From positions 1 to 60,855 of the forward strand of contig JALOSD010000001.1 of NCBI GenBank assembly GCA_025458585.1: a stretch of 60,855 bases of DNA, in the 5' to 3' direction. This DNA is from Burkholderiaceae bacterium (lineage in GTDB: Bacteria > Pseudomonadota > Gammaproteobacteria > Burkholderiales > Burkholderiaceae_C). Of this stretch, positions 45,558 through 56,263 are shown one piece after another; within the stretch, counting starts at the first letter, position 1, and each line of letters begins with the position of its first letter. The position numbers and the translations under genes are program-made. The notes under the pieces were generated by a model that saw nothing but the letters and a program-made list of their open reading frames with translations, did no database searches and was not told the DNA's origin.

Positions 45558-47543
45558 TCAGTGCGCGGCGGCGAGCTCGGCGAGCCACGCCATCGCATCG
45601 CGCTCGTCGCGCAGCAGCGGCATCGGCGGCAGCGCGGCGCGCAGGCGCGCGCCGTAGCCCATCTGCGTCAGCCGCGGGTCGCACAGCACGAGCAGCCCGC
45701 GGTCGGTCTCGGTGCGGATCAGCCGCCCGGCGCCCTGCTTCAGCGACACCGCCGCCTCGGCGACGAAGTAGTCGTTGAACGCCGAGCGGCCCGCGGCCTC
45801 GAGCGCACGCACGCGTGCCTCGACGAGCGGATCGCCCGGCGGCGGGAACGGCAGCTTGTCGATCACGACGCACTGCAGCGCGGCGCCCGGCACGTCGATG
45901 CCTTCCCAGAAGCTTTGCGAGCCGACGAGCACCGACGCCGGCGTCGCGACGAAGCGCTGCAGCAGCGCGCGCTTGGGCTCGCTGCCCTGCACCAGCACGT
46001 CGATGCCGGCGGCCTCGAGCGGCGCACGCAGCGCGTCGGCGACCTGCGCGAGCGCGCGCAGCGTCGTCGTGAGCACGAAGGTGCGCCCGCCGAGCGCGAG
46101 CGCGCAGCGCGACGCGACGCGCGCCACCGCCGCCGCGTGCGCCGCGTCGCCCGGCTTCGGCAGCGCCGCGGGCACCCACAGGCGCGCGTGCGCGGCGTAG
46201 TCGAACGGGCTGCCGAGCTTGAGCGCGCGCGCGTCGTCGAGCCCCGCGGGCTCGGTGAACCAGCGCAGCCGCGCGTCGTCGCCCAGCGTGGCCGACGTGA
46301 AGACCCACGCCTTGCGCGCCCCGGCGCGCTGCGCCGCCATGGCGTCGCGGATGTCGAGCGCCGACTCGACGAGCCGCACCTGGTGCGTGCCGAGGTCGAT
46401 CCAGCGCACGCGCTCGGCGGCGCACGGCGCCGCGAAGTGGCGCGCGAGCGCGGCCAGGCCCGCAGCGCGCTCGTGCAGGCGGCCGAAGTCGGGCGCCAGT
46501 TCGCTGACGGTGTCGAGGGCCTTGGCCGCGCTGTCCGCGGCGGCGGCCAGCGCCGCGAGCGCGGCGCCGAAGCGCTCGTCGCCGGCGCGCTCGGACCAGC
46601 GCAGCTTGACGACGCCGCGCGCGTCGCGCAGCGCGCCGGCGGCGGCGAGCCGCAGTTCGCGCGCGGCGCGGTCGACCGCTGCCGCGAGCTCGGACCAGGG
46701 CTGCAGCCCGCGCGCGTGCTGCAGCCCGGCGGCGAGCAGGTCGCGCGCGACGTCGACCGCCGCCGCACTGCCGAGCGTGGTGCCGAGGAACTGCACGCCG
46801 GTCTCGACGAGCTGGTGCGCCTCGTCGAACACGACCGCGTCGACGGTGGGCAGCAGCTCGGCGACGCCGCTGTCGCGCAACGCGAGGTCGGCGAAGAACA
46901 GGTGGTGGTTGACGACGACGACGTCGGCGCCCATCGCCTCGCGCCGCGCCGCCATCACGTGACAGTCGCGGAACTGCGGACACTCGCCGCCGAGGCAGTT
47001 GTCGCGCGTCGACGTCACGAGCGGGATCGCCGGCGAGCGTTCGTCGAGGCCGGCGAGCTCGGCGAGGTCGCCGCTCGTCGTCGTCGGCGCCCACTGCTCG
47101 ATGCGCGCGAGGGCGCGCATGGCGACGCGGTCGGGCAGCGTCGCCGTGCGGCGCGCCTGTTCGAGCCGGTGCAGGCACAGATAGCTCGCGCGCCCCTTGA
47201 GCAGCGCGAGCCGCGCCGGCACGTGCAGCGCCTCGGCCAGGCGCGGCAGGTCGCGCAGGAACAGCTGGTCCTGCAGGCTCTTGGTCGCCGTGCTGACGAG
47301 CGCACGCCGGCCCGACAGCAGCAGCGGCACCAGGTACGCGAACGTCTTGCCGACGCCGGTCCCGGCCTCGACGACGAGCGCCTCGCGCGTCTCGATCGCC
47401 CGCGCGACCGCGCGCGCGAACTGCTGCTGCACCTCGCGCTCGACGTAGCCGGCGTCGGCACGCGCCAGCGGCCCGCCGCGCCCGAACGCGACGTCGACCT
47501 CCTGCTCGAGCTCGGGCCCTCCCGCGTCGCCGCGCACGGGCAT
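45558..47543 (-). CDS. DinG/YoaA family ATP-dependent helicase
   Basis: EAGTGVGKT, Fe-S cysteines, DEAH, FTSATL, FWEGID, QGAGRLIR. Confidence 0.92.
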   Translation of the reverse strand: MPVRGDAGGPELEQEVDVAFGRGGPLARADAGYVEREVQQQFARAVARAIETREALVVEAGTGVGKTFAYLVPLLLSGRRALVSTATKSLQDQLFLRDLPRLAEALHVPARLALLKGRASYLCLHRLEQARRTATLPDRVAMRALARIEQWAPTTTSGDLAELAGLDERSPAIPLVTSTRDNCLGGECPQFRDCHVMAARREAMGADVVVVNHHLFFADLALRDSGVAELLPTVDAVVFDEAHQLVETGVQFLGTTLGSAAAVDVARDLLAAGLQHARGLQPWSELAAAVDRAARELRLAAAGALRDARGVVKLRWSERAGDERFGAALAALAAAADSAAKALDTVSELAPDFGRLHERAAGLAALARHFAAPCAAERVRWIDLGTHQVRLVESALDIRDAMAAQRAGARKAWVFTSATLGDDARLRWFTEPAGLDDARALKLGSPFDYAAHARLWVPAALPKPGDAAHAAAVARVASRCALALGGRTFVLTTTLRALAQVADALRAPLEAAGIDVLVQGSEPKRALLQRFVATPASVLVGSQSFWEGIDVPGAALQCVVIDKLPFPPPGDPLVEARVRALEAAGRSAFNDYFVAEAAVSLKQGAGRLIRTETDRGLLVLCDPRLTQMGYGARLRAALPPMPLLRDERDAMAWLAELAAAH

Positions 47544-47613
47544 CAGGCCTCGACAGCGCCCACGGCGGCACGATCCAAGGCGGAATCGCGGGCGGTCCGC
47601 GGTTCGAGCCGTT

Positions 47614-47696
47614 CAAGCGGCCGCCGCGGATCCGGCTTCGCCGGTCCGCCGGCGGCGCCCCCCTGGGGGGGAGCGCCGAAGGCGCTACGGGGGGGG
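47614..47696. repeat. REP-like multi-hairpin element, copy 1
   Basis: Near-identical to 53051-53131; contains CCGGC-TTC-GCCGG and AGCGCC-GAA-GGCGCT hairpins. Confidence 0.85.
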
Positions 47697-47701
47697 ACCA
47701 C

Positions 47702-47905
47702 CTACGCCGGCTCGTCCGGGCGAAGCTGCGCCTCGAGCTGCGCGATCTGGTCGCGCAGCAGCAGCCGCCGCTTCTTCAGCCGGCGCAGCATCAGCTCGTC
47801 TAGCGGCCGGTCGTCGGCGGCGCGGTCGATCAGGCCGTCGAGATCGGCGTGCTCGATGCGCAGTTCGATCAGCCGACGCTGCGGCGAGTGCAGGTTGTCA
47901 TCCAT
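47702..47905 (-). CDS. DUF465 (YdcH-like) small protein
   Basis: LRIEHADLD..I and LRRLKKRRLLLRDQI patterns. Confidence 0.85.
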   Translation of the reverse strand: MDDNLHSPQRRLIELRIEHADLDGLIDRAADDRPLDELMLRRLKKRRLLLRDQIAQLEAQLRPDEPA

Positions 47906-47964
47906 CACGAAGCGGCGTGCAGTGTAGCGGCGGCGCGTCGAAAGGCTGCCTTATATTGCACGCC

Positions 47965-48744
47965 ATGACGTCGAGCCCCGCGGCCTACCGCCTGTCGGCC
48001 GCCACGGCGCTGCACCGCGGCGACCGCCTCTACCAGCAGGACCAGGTCCAGATCCTCGTGCACGAGCGCGTGCCGGGGTGCGTGCTCGCCGTGCTCGCCG
48101 ACGGCATGGGCGGCAAGAGCGGCGGACGCAAGGCCGCCGACCAGGTGCTGCTGACCGCACGCCAGCTGTTCGAGCGCTACGCGCCGAGCGAAGACGACCC
48201 GGCGCAGCTGCTGCGCCAGCTCGTGCTCGAGGCCCACCTGATGATCAAGCTCACGGCGATCGCCGCCGAGGAGGAGCCGCACAGCACGATCGCATCGTTC
48301 GTGATCGGGCCCAAGCTGCGCTGCGACGTCGCGCACGCCGGCGACTCGCGCGTCTACCACTTCCGCGGCCGCGAGATGCTCGGGCGCACGACCGACCACT
48401 CGTACGTGCAGCGGCTGATGGAAGACGGCGAGATCGACGAGGCCGAGGCCAACGCGCACCCGCAGGCCAACCTGCTGACCGGCTGCCTCGGCACGCAGCA
48501 GGACCCGCCGATCACGCTCGCGCAGATCGACCGCCTCGACGTCGGCGACACGATGCTCGCGTGCAGCGATGGCCTGTGGCACTACTTCACGCCGGCCGAA
48601 CTGGGCGTGATCGTCGACGAACTGCCGGTGCGCGAGGCCACGCAGCTGCTCGTCGACAAGGCGCGCCAGCGCGCCCGTGGCACCGGCGACAACCTGTCGC
48701 TCGCCATGGTGCGCATCGAGCCGCTGCCGACGAAGGCGAAGTAG
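47965..48744 (+). CDS. PP2C/PPM-family Ser/Thr protein phosphatase
   Basis: LADGMGG, HAGDSRVY, DHS, CSDGLW, GDN motifs. Confidence 0.92.
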   Translation: MTSSPAAYRLSAATALHRGDRLYQQDQVQILVHERVPGCVLAVLADGMGGKSGGRKAADQVLLTARQLFERYAPSEDDPAQLLRQLVLEAHLMIKLTAIAAEEEPHSTIASFVIGPKLRCDVAHAGDSRVYHFRGREMLGRTTDHSYVQRLMEDGEIDEAEANAHPQANLLTGCLGTQQDPPITLAQIDRLDVGDTMLACSDGLWHYFTPAELGVIVDELPVREATQLLVDKARQRARGTGDNLSLAMVRIEPLPTKAK

Positions 48745-49842
48745 TCAGGTCAGGCGGGTGTCGACCGTGCGCCGGCCGAGCGCGGCGTAGGCGGCTGACT
48801 GCATCTCGTGCAGCCGCGACACCGTGCGCACGAACTCGTGCGCGAGCGGCCCCTCGGTGTAGAGCAGCTCGGCCGGCACCGCAGCCGACAGGATCAGCCG
48901 CACGTGCCGGTCGTACAGCACGTCGACGAGCCACGTGAACCGGCGCGCCTCGCTCGCCAGCCGCGGCGGCATCTGCGGCACGTCGGACAGCAGCACGGTG
49001 TGGAAGCGCGACGCGATCTCGAGGTAGTCGTTCTGCGAGCGCGGGCCGCCGCACAACGTGCGGAAGTCGAACCAGACGACGCCGCCGGCGCGCCGGCGTG
49101 CCGGCAGCTCGCGGTGCTCGATGCGCAGCACCGGGTCCTCGTCGCGCGCGTCGGCGAGCTGTCCGAACGCGCGCGCGAGCTCCGCATCGGCCACCGGCCC
49201 GAGCGGCGTGTGGTACGTCTGCAGCTGCTCGAGCGTGCGCTGGCGGTAGTCGGTGCCGGCGTCGACGTCGACGACCTGGAGCCGCGACTTCAGCAGCTCG
49301 ATCGCCGGCAGGATGCGGTCGCGGTGCAGGCCGTTCGGATAGAGACCGTCGGGGTGGAAGTTCGACGTCGTGACGATGCTCACGCGGTGGTCGAACAGCG
49401 CCACGAGCAGGCGGTGCAGGATCATCGCGTCGGTGACGTCCGCGACGTGAAACTCGTCGAAGCAGATGAGCCGGAAGCGCCGGGCGATGCGCTTGCCGAG
49501 TTCGTCGAGCGGGTTGACCGTGCCCTTGAGCTCCTGCAGCTCACGGTGCACCTCGCGCATGAACTCGTGGAAGTGCAGCCGCGTCTTGCGCCTGAGCGGC
49601 ACGGCCCGGAAGAAGCAGTCCATCAGGAAGCTCTTGCCGCGACCGACGCCGCCGTGCATGTACACGCCGCGCGGGATCGGCGGCTTGACGAACATGCGCT
49701 GCAGCGCCGTGCGCCGGCGCTGCAGGTAGGCGACCCACTCGTTCTCGCAGCGCTCGAGCGCGTCGACGGCGCGCAGCTGCGCCGGGTCCGGCAGGAAGCC
49801 GCGCTCGCGCAGCGCGTTCAGGTAGACCTGCCGGACGCCCAC
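48745..49842 (-). CDS. zapE: AFG1/ZapE family ATPase
   Basis: GGVGRGKSFLMD, HFHEFM, CFDEF, RTVSRLHEM. Confidence 0.93.
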   Translation of the reverse strand: MGVRQVYLNALRERGFLPDPAQLRAVDALERCENEWVAYLQRRRTALQRMFVKPPIPRGVYMHGGVGRGKSFLMDCFFRAVPLRRKTRLHFHEFMREVHRELQELKGTVNPLDELGKRIARRFRLICFDEFHVADVTDAMILHRLLVALFDHRVSIVTTSNFHPDGLYPNGLHRDRILPAIELLKSRLQVVDVDAGTDYRQRTLEQLQTYHTPLGPVADAELARAFGQLADARDEDPVLRIEHRELPARRRAGGVVWFDFRTLCGGPRSQNDYLEIASRFHTVLLSDVPQMPPRLASEARRFTWLVDVLYDRHVRLILSAAVPAELLYTEGPLAHEFVRTVSRLHEMQSAAYAALGRRTVDTRLT

Positions 49843-49847
49843 CGCGG

Positions 49848-51278
49848 TCAGAAGTTCAGCGTGCGCCTGTCGACCGCGAGCGCGGCCTCCTTCGTCGCCT
49901 CCGACAGCGACGGGTGCGCGTGGCAGGTGCGCGCGATGTCCTCGGCGCTGGCGCGGAACTCCATCGCCAGCACCGCCTCGGCGATCAGCTCGCTGGCCAT
50001 CGGGCCGACGATGTGCACGCCCAGCACCTCGTCGGTCGAGGCGTCGGCGAGGATCTTGACCATGCCGGTGGTGTCACCGAGCGCGCGCGCCCGGCCGTTG
50101 GCCATGAACGGGAACGTGCCGGCCTTGTAGGCCCGCCCGGCGGCCTTCAGCTGCTGCTCGGTCTGGCCGACCCAGGCGATCTCGGGGCTGGTGTAGATCA
50201 CCCACGGCACGGTGTTGAAGTCGACGTGCGGGTGCTGGCCGGCGATGCGCTCGGCCACGGCGGCGCCCTCCTCCTCGGCCTTGTGCGCGAGCATCGGGCC
50301 GCGAACGACGTCACCCACCGCCCAGACGCCGGGCAGGTTCGTGCGGCAGTCGTCGTCGACGACGATCGCGCCGCGCTCGTCGAGCTTCAGGCCGACGCCC
50401 TCGGCATTCAGGCCGGCGGTGTTCGGCGCCCGACCGATCGAGACGATCAGCCGCTCGACCTCGAGCGTCTGCGCGCCGCCCTTGGCGTCGGTGTAGGCGA
50501 CCTTGACGCCGTTCTTGCCGGACTTGACGTCGCCGACCTTCACGCCGAGCTCGATCTTCAGCCCCTGCTTCGTGAACGCCTTGTGGGCCTCCTTCGCGAT
50601 CTGCTCGTCGACCGCCCCGAGGAACGTCGGCAACGCCTCGAGCACCGTCACCTGAGCGCCGAGCCGCCTCCACACCGAGCCCATCTCGAGGCCGATCACG
50701 CCCGAGCCGATCAGCCCGAGCGTCTTCGGCAGCTTCGGGATGCGCAGCGCGCCGTCGTTGCTGAGGATGCGTTCCTCGTCGAACGCGACGCCGGGCAGCG
50801 CGCGCGCGCTCGAGCCGGTGGCGACGACGATCTGCCTGCCCACCAGCGTCTCGTTCGCCGCGCCCGCCACGGCGATCTCGTAGCCGCCGTCCACCGCCTT
50901 GACGAACGAGCCGCGGCCGTGGAAGAAGCTGACCTTGTTCTTCTTGAACAGGTACAGGATGCCGTCGTTGTTCTGCTTCACGACGGTGTCCTTGCGCGCG
51001 AGCATCTTCGCGACGTCGATGCTGAGGTCCTTCAGCCCGATGCCGTGGTCGGCGAAATGGTGGCCGGCGTGCTCGAAGTGCTCGCTCGACTGCAGCAGCG
51101 CCTTGCTGGGGATGCAGCCGACGTTGGTGCAGGTGCCGCCCGGTGCCGGGCCGCCGGCGGCGTTCGTCCATTCGTCGATGCAGGCGGTGGCGAAGCCGAG
51201 CTGGGCGGCGCGGATGGCGGCGATGTAGCCGCCGGGACCGGCGCCGATCACGATGACGTCGAAGGATTTGCTGGACAT
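49848..51278 (-). CDS. lpdA: Dihydrolipoyl dehydrogenase (E3)
   Basis: GAGPGG, GGTCTNVGCIPSK, HAHPSLSE. Confidence 0.97.
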   Translation of the reverse strand: MSSKSFDVIVIGAGPGGYIAAIRAAQLGFATACIDEWTNAAGGPAPGGTCTNVGCIPSKALLQSSEHFEHAGHHFADHGIGLKDLSIDVAKMLARKDTVVKQNNDGILYLFKKNKVSFFHGRGSFVKAVDGGYEIAVAGAANETLVGRQIVVATGSSARALPGVAFDEERILSNDGALRIPKLPKTLGLIGSGVIGLEMGSVWRRLGAQVTVLEALPTFLGAVDEQIAKEAHKAFTKQGLKIELGVKVGDVKSGKNGVKVAYTDAKGGAQTLEVERLIVSIGRAPNTAGLNAEGVGLKLDERGAIVVDDDCRTNLPGVWAVGDVVRGPMLAHKAEEEGAAVAERIAGQHPHVDFNTVPWVIYTSPEIAWVGQTEQQLKAAGRAYKAGTFPFMANGRARALGDTTGMVKILADASTDEVLGVHIVGPMASELIAEAVLAMEFRASAEDIARTCHAHPSLSEATKEAALAVDRRTLNF

Positions 51279-51301
51279 GGTGTGGGGAGTCGGGGTGGGG
51301 T

Positions 51302-51391
51302 CAGGCCTGGAGCCGCGGGCGTGTGCGAGCCGTCGGAGCCGGCTGGCCTTCGCCCCGTCCAGGCCTGCGCAAACAGGCCTGGAGCCGCGGG
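51302..51391. repeat. 18-bp direct repeat pair in the intergenic region
   Basis: CAGGCCTGGAGCCGCGGG at 51302 and 51374, with a partial CAGGCCTG at 51360. Confidence 0.8.
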
Positions 51392-51393
51392 GC

Positions 51394-51717
51394 TCAGTCC
51401 TCGAGCGGGACGAAGATCCACAGCAGGAGATAGATCACGACGCCGGTGCCGCCGAACAGCGCGAGCACGACGAACAGCAGCCGCCAGATCCACGAGTCGA
51501 CGCCGGTGGCGAGACCCAGCCCCCCGCACACGCCGCCGAGCCACTTGTCGGTGCGGTTGCGGCGCAGCGTGTTGATCGCCGCGACCGACGGCGGCGGCGG
51601 GGGTGATGACGGCCGCGTGTCGAGCAGTTTCGCCTTCGCGCGCGCGAATTCGTCGTCGCTGAGCGCGCCGCGCGCGTGAAGCTCCTGCAGCTTGGCGAGT
51701 TCGTCGGCGAGGTTCAT
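51394..51717 (-). CDS. SHOCT plus PspC domain small membrane protein
   Basis: ELAKLQELHARGALSDDEFARAKAKLL (SHOCT), then LRRNRTDKWLGGVCGGL...YLLLWIFVP (PspC); GGAGG RBS. Confidence 0.88.
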   Translation of the reverse strand: MNLADELAKLQELHARGALSDDEFARAKAKLLDTRPSSPPPPPSVAAINTLRRNRTDKWLGGVCGGLGLATGVDSWIWRLLFVVLALFGGTGVVIYLLLWIFVPLED

Positions 51718-51751
51718 CGCGGGGCCTCCGATAGAGGTTGACGGCGGCGGG

Positions 51752-53023
<1,272 letters not shown>

Positions 53024-53050
53024 GATGTCTATCTGTGTAGGGGTGACCAT

Positions 53051-53131
53051 CAAGTGGCCGCCGCGGAACCGGCTTCGCCGGGCCGCTGGCGGCGCCCCTC
53101 GAGGGGAGGCGCCGAAGGCGCTACGGGGTGG
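53051..53131. repeat. REP-like multi-hairpin element, copy 2
   Basis: Near-identical to 47614-47696; lies between sucA and sucB. Confidence 0.85.
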
Positions 53132-53133
53132 CC

Positions 53134-55992
53134 TTATTTCGTCAGCACGAAGCCCTTGAGCTTGCCGAAGGCCTGGTCGAGCAGCGCCTTCTGCTGCTCC
53201 TGGTGCAGGTGGCTGTAGCCGACCGCGGGCGACGCCGACGCCGGCCGCCCGGCATAGCCGAGTTTCTGGCCGTCGAGCATGTTCTCGTGCACGTAGTGCT
53301 GGACGAAGAACCAGGCTCCCTGGTTCTGCGGCTCGTCCTGGCACCACACGACCTCGGTCGCGTTCGGGTAGCGCTTCATCTCCGCCGCGAACGCCTTGTG
53401 CGGGAACGGGTACAGCTGCGCCACGCGCAGGATCGCGACGTCGTCGTGTCCCTTCTCGGCGCGCCGGCGCGCGAGATCGAAGTACACCTTGCCCGAGCAG
53501 CAGATCACGCGCTTGACCTTCGACGGCACGATCGAGGCGTCGATCTCCGGCATCACGGTGCGGAACTCGCCCTTGGTGAACTCCGACAGCGGCGAGGTCG
53601 CGTCCTTGTTGCGCAGCAGCGACTTCGGCGTGAAGATGATCAGCGGCTTGCGGAACTGGCGCACCATCTGCCGGCGCAGCAGATGGAAGATCTGGCTCGC
53701 CGTGGTGGGCTGACAGATCTGGATGTTGTTGTCGGCGGCCAGCTGCATGAAGCGCTCGAGACGCGCCGAGCTGTGCTCCGGCCCCTGCCCTTCGTAGCCG
53801 TGCGGCAGCATCAGCACCAGGCCGTTGGCGCGTCCCCACTTGACCTCGCCCGAGGCGATGAACTGGTCGATCACCACCTGCGCGCCGTTGGCGAAGTCGC
53901 CGAACTGGGCCTCCCAGATCGTCAGCGTGTTCGGCTCCGCGCTGGCGTAGCCGTACTCGAAGCCGAGCACCGCCTCCTCCGAGAGGATCGAGTCGATGAC
54001 GACGAACGGCGCCTGGTTCTCGGCCACGTTCTGCAGCGGGATGAAGGTGCCCTCGTCCCACTTCTCCCGGTTCTGGTCGTGCAGCACGGCGTGGCGGTGC
54101 ACGAAGGTGCCGCGCCCGCAGTCCTCGCCCGACAGGCGCACGCCGTAGCCGCTGGCCACGAGCGAGGCGTAGGCAAGCGTTTCGCCCATGCCCCAATCGA
54201 CGTTGATCTCGCCGCGTCCCATCGCGGCGCGGTCGGCCAGCACCTTCTCGACCAGCGGGTGGACCTTGAAGTTCTTCGGCACCGTCGTGAGGCGCTCCGC
54301 CAGGCGCCGGATCTCGGCCAACGGCAGCGCGGTGTCCGCAGCGTCGGTCCACTTCTTGCCGAGGAACGGCGCCCAGTCGACCGCGTACTTGCTCTTGAAA
54401 TTCGTGAGCACCGGGTCGACGGTGTGGCGCCCGGCGTCCATCGCGGCACGGAACGCCTTGGCCATCTCGTCGGGGCCGTCGGCGGGCAGCACGCCCTGCA
54501 GCACCAGTTTCTCGCCGTACAGCTTGCGCGTGCCCGGGTGCTGGGCGATCTTCTTGTACATCAGCGGCTGCGTCAGGCTCGGCGTGTCCTGCTCGTTGTG
54601 GCCGAGCTTGCGGAAGCACACGATGTCGACCACCACGTCCTTGCGGAACTGCTGGCGGTAGTCGAGCGCGAGCTGGGTGCACAGCACGACCGCCTCGGGA
54701 TCGTCGCCGTTGACGTGCAGCACCGGCGCCTCGATCATCTTGACGACGTCGGTGCAGTACAGCGTCGAGCGGCTGTCGCGCGGGTCGCTGGTGGTGAAGC
54801 CGATCTGGTTGTTGATGACGATGTGCACCGTGCCGCCGGTGAAGTAGCCGCGCGTCTGCGCCAGCGCCAGCGTCTCCATCACGACGCCCTGGCCGGCGAA
54901 CGCCGCGTCGCCGTGCACGATCACGGGCAGCACCTGCGCGCCGGTCTTGTCGCCGCGACGGTCCAGCCGCGCCTTGACCGAGCCCTCGACCACCGGGTTG
55001 ACGATCTCGAGGTGCGACGGATTGAACGCCAGGCTCAGGTGCACCGGGCCGCCGGGGGTCGTCACGTCGCTCGAGAAGCCCTGGTGGTACTTCACGTCGC
55101 CGGCCGGCAGGTGCTCGGGGGCGGTGTGGTCGAACTCCGCGAACAGGTCCTTGGGCATCTTGCCCAGCGTGTTGACCAGCACGTTCAGGCGGCCGCGGTG
55201 GGCCATGCCGATGACGATCTCCTGCACGCCGCGCTCGCCGCCGCGCTGCACCAGTTCGTCCATCGACGCGATGAAGCTCTCGCCACCCTCCAGCGAGAAG
55301 CGCTTCTGCCCGACGTACTTGGTGTGCAGGTAGCGCTCGAGGCCCTCGGCCGCGGTCAGGCGTTCGAGGATGTGCTTCTTCTGCTCGGCGGTGAAGGTGG
55401 GCTTGCTGCGGATGCTCTCCAGCCTCTCCTGCCACCAGCGCTTCTCGGCCGGGTCGGTGATGTGCATGAACTCCGCGCCGACCGTGCCGCAGTACGTTTC
55501 ACGCAAGGCCTGCACGATCTCGCGCAGGGTCATGTCCTCGGCCTTGGTGAAGTACGTGTTCGTCGCGCTGAACGTCAAGTCCATGTCGGACTCGGTCAGG
55601 TCATAGAACGCGGGCTCGAGCTCGGGGATCTTCGGCCGCTCGGCGCGCTTGAGCGGGTCCAGGTCGGCCCAGCGGCTGCCGAGGAACCGGTAGGCGGCGA
55701 TCAGGCTCTGGACGTGGACCTGCTTGCGCGCGATCGCGAGGTCGGCGCTCGAGGTCTTGAGGGCGAAGGCGTTGGCCTTGGCGCGCTGCGCGAACGACTC
55801 GACGACCGGCGCGTGGGCGACGTCGCGGGCCTCGGAGCCGTCGACCGCCGGGACGTGCTGCAGGTTGTCGAAGTAGGCGCGCCAGTTGTCGGGCACGCTG
55901 CCGGGGTTGTCGAGGTAGGCCTCGTACAGTTCCTCGACGTAGGGGGCATTGCCGCCGAACAGGTACGAGTTCGACCTGTTTTGTTCCATCAT
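53134..55992 (-). CDS. sucA: 2-oxoglutarate dehydrogenase E1
   Basis: [36 protein letters not shown]; 952 aa. Confidence 0.97.
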   Translation of the reverse strand: MMEQNRSNSYLFGGNAPYVEELYEAYLDNPGSVPDNWRAYFDNLQHVPAVDGSEARDVAHAPVVESFAQRAKANAFALKTSSADLAIARKQVHVQSLIAAYRFLGSRWADLDPLKRAERPKIPELEPAFYDLTESDMDLTFSATNTYFTKAEDMTLREIVQALRETYCGTVGAEFMHITDPAEKRWWQERLESIRSKPTFTAEQKKHILERLTAAEGLERYLHTKYVGQKRFSLEGGESFIASMDELVQRGGERGVQEIVIGMAHRGRLNVLVNTLGKMPKDLFAEFDHTAPEHLPAGDVKYHQGFSSDVTTPGGPVHLSLAFNPSHLEIVNPVVEGSVKARLDRRGDKTGAQVLPVIVHGDAAFAGQGVVMETLALAQTRGYFTGGTVHIVINNQIGFTTSDPRDSRSTLYCTDVVKMIEAPVLHVNGDDPEAVVLCTQLALDYRQQFRKDVVVDIVCFRKLGHNEQDTPSLTQPLMYKKIAQHPGTRKLYGEKLVLQGVLPADGPDEMAKAFRAAMDAGRHTVDPVLTNFKSKYAVDWAPFLGKKWTDAADTALPLAEIRRLAERLTTVPKNFKVHPLVEKVLADRAAMGRGEINVDWGMGETLAYASLVASGYGVRLSGEDCGRGTFVHRHAVLHDQNREKWDEGTFIPLQNVAENQAPFVVIDSILSEEAVLGFEYGYASAEPNTLTIWEAQFGDFANGAQVVIDQFIASGEVKWGRANGLVLMLPHGYEGQGPEHSSARLERFMQLAADNNIQICQPTTASQIFHLLRRQMVRQFRKPLIIFTPKSLLRNKDATSPLSEFTKGEFRTVMPEIDASIVPSKVKRVICCSGKVYFDLARRRAEKGHDDVAILRVAQLYPFPHKAFAAEMKRYPNATEVVWCQDEPQNQGAWFFVQHYVHENMLDGQKLGYAGRPASASPAVGYSHLHQEQQKALLDQAFGKLKGFVLTK

Positions 55993-55995
55993 CGC

Positions 55996-56079
55996 TCGCT
56001 CACCTTTCGCCCCGGTTTCCAGGGCTCCGATGGGTTGTCAAAACCTTCCGCGGCCCGGCTGCACCGGTGGGCGGATTGC
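55996..56079 (-). ncRNA. sucA RNA motif (cis-regulatory leader described in Burkholderiales)
   Basis: Minus strand GCAATCCGC-ccaCCGG...CCGG-GCCGCGGAAGGTT...AACCC...GAAAGGTGAGCG directly before the sucA start. Position and sequence match my recollection of the sucA motif; not checked against a model. Confidence 0.7.
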
Positions 56080-56263
56080 GACCCGCCTTGCTGCTTGTCT
56101 CGCACCAGACCCGCGTCTGGACCAGCAAGGGGACGGGAAGGACCTCACTTCACGGCCGCGACTGTACTCTCGTTCTCGTCGGCCACCGCGCCATTAGACG
56201 CCTGCAATCCTTGTGTTTCCCTGACAGCACGGCGCCGCGACGGGCGCCCGGGTCGGGCGAGGT

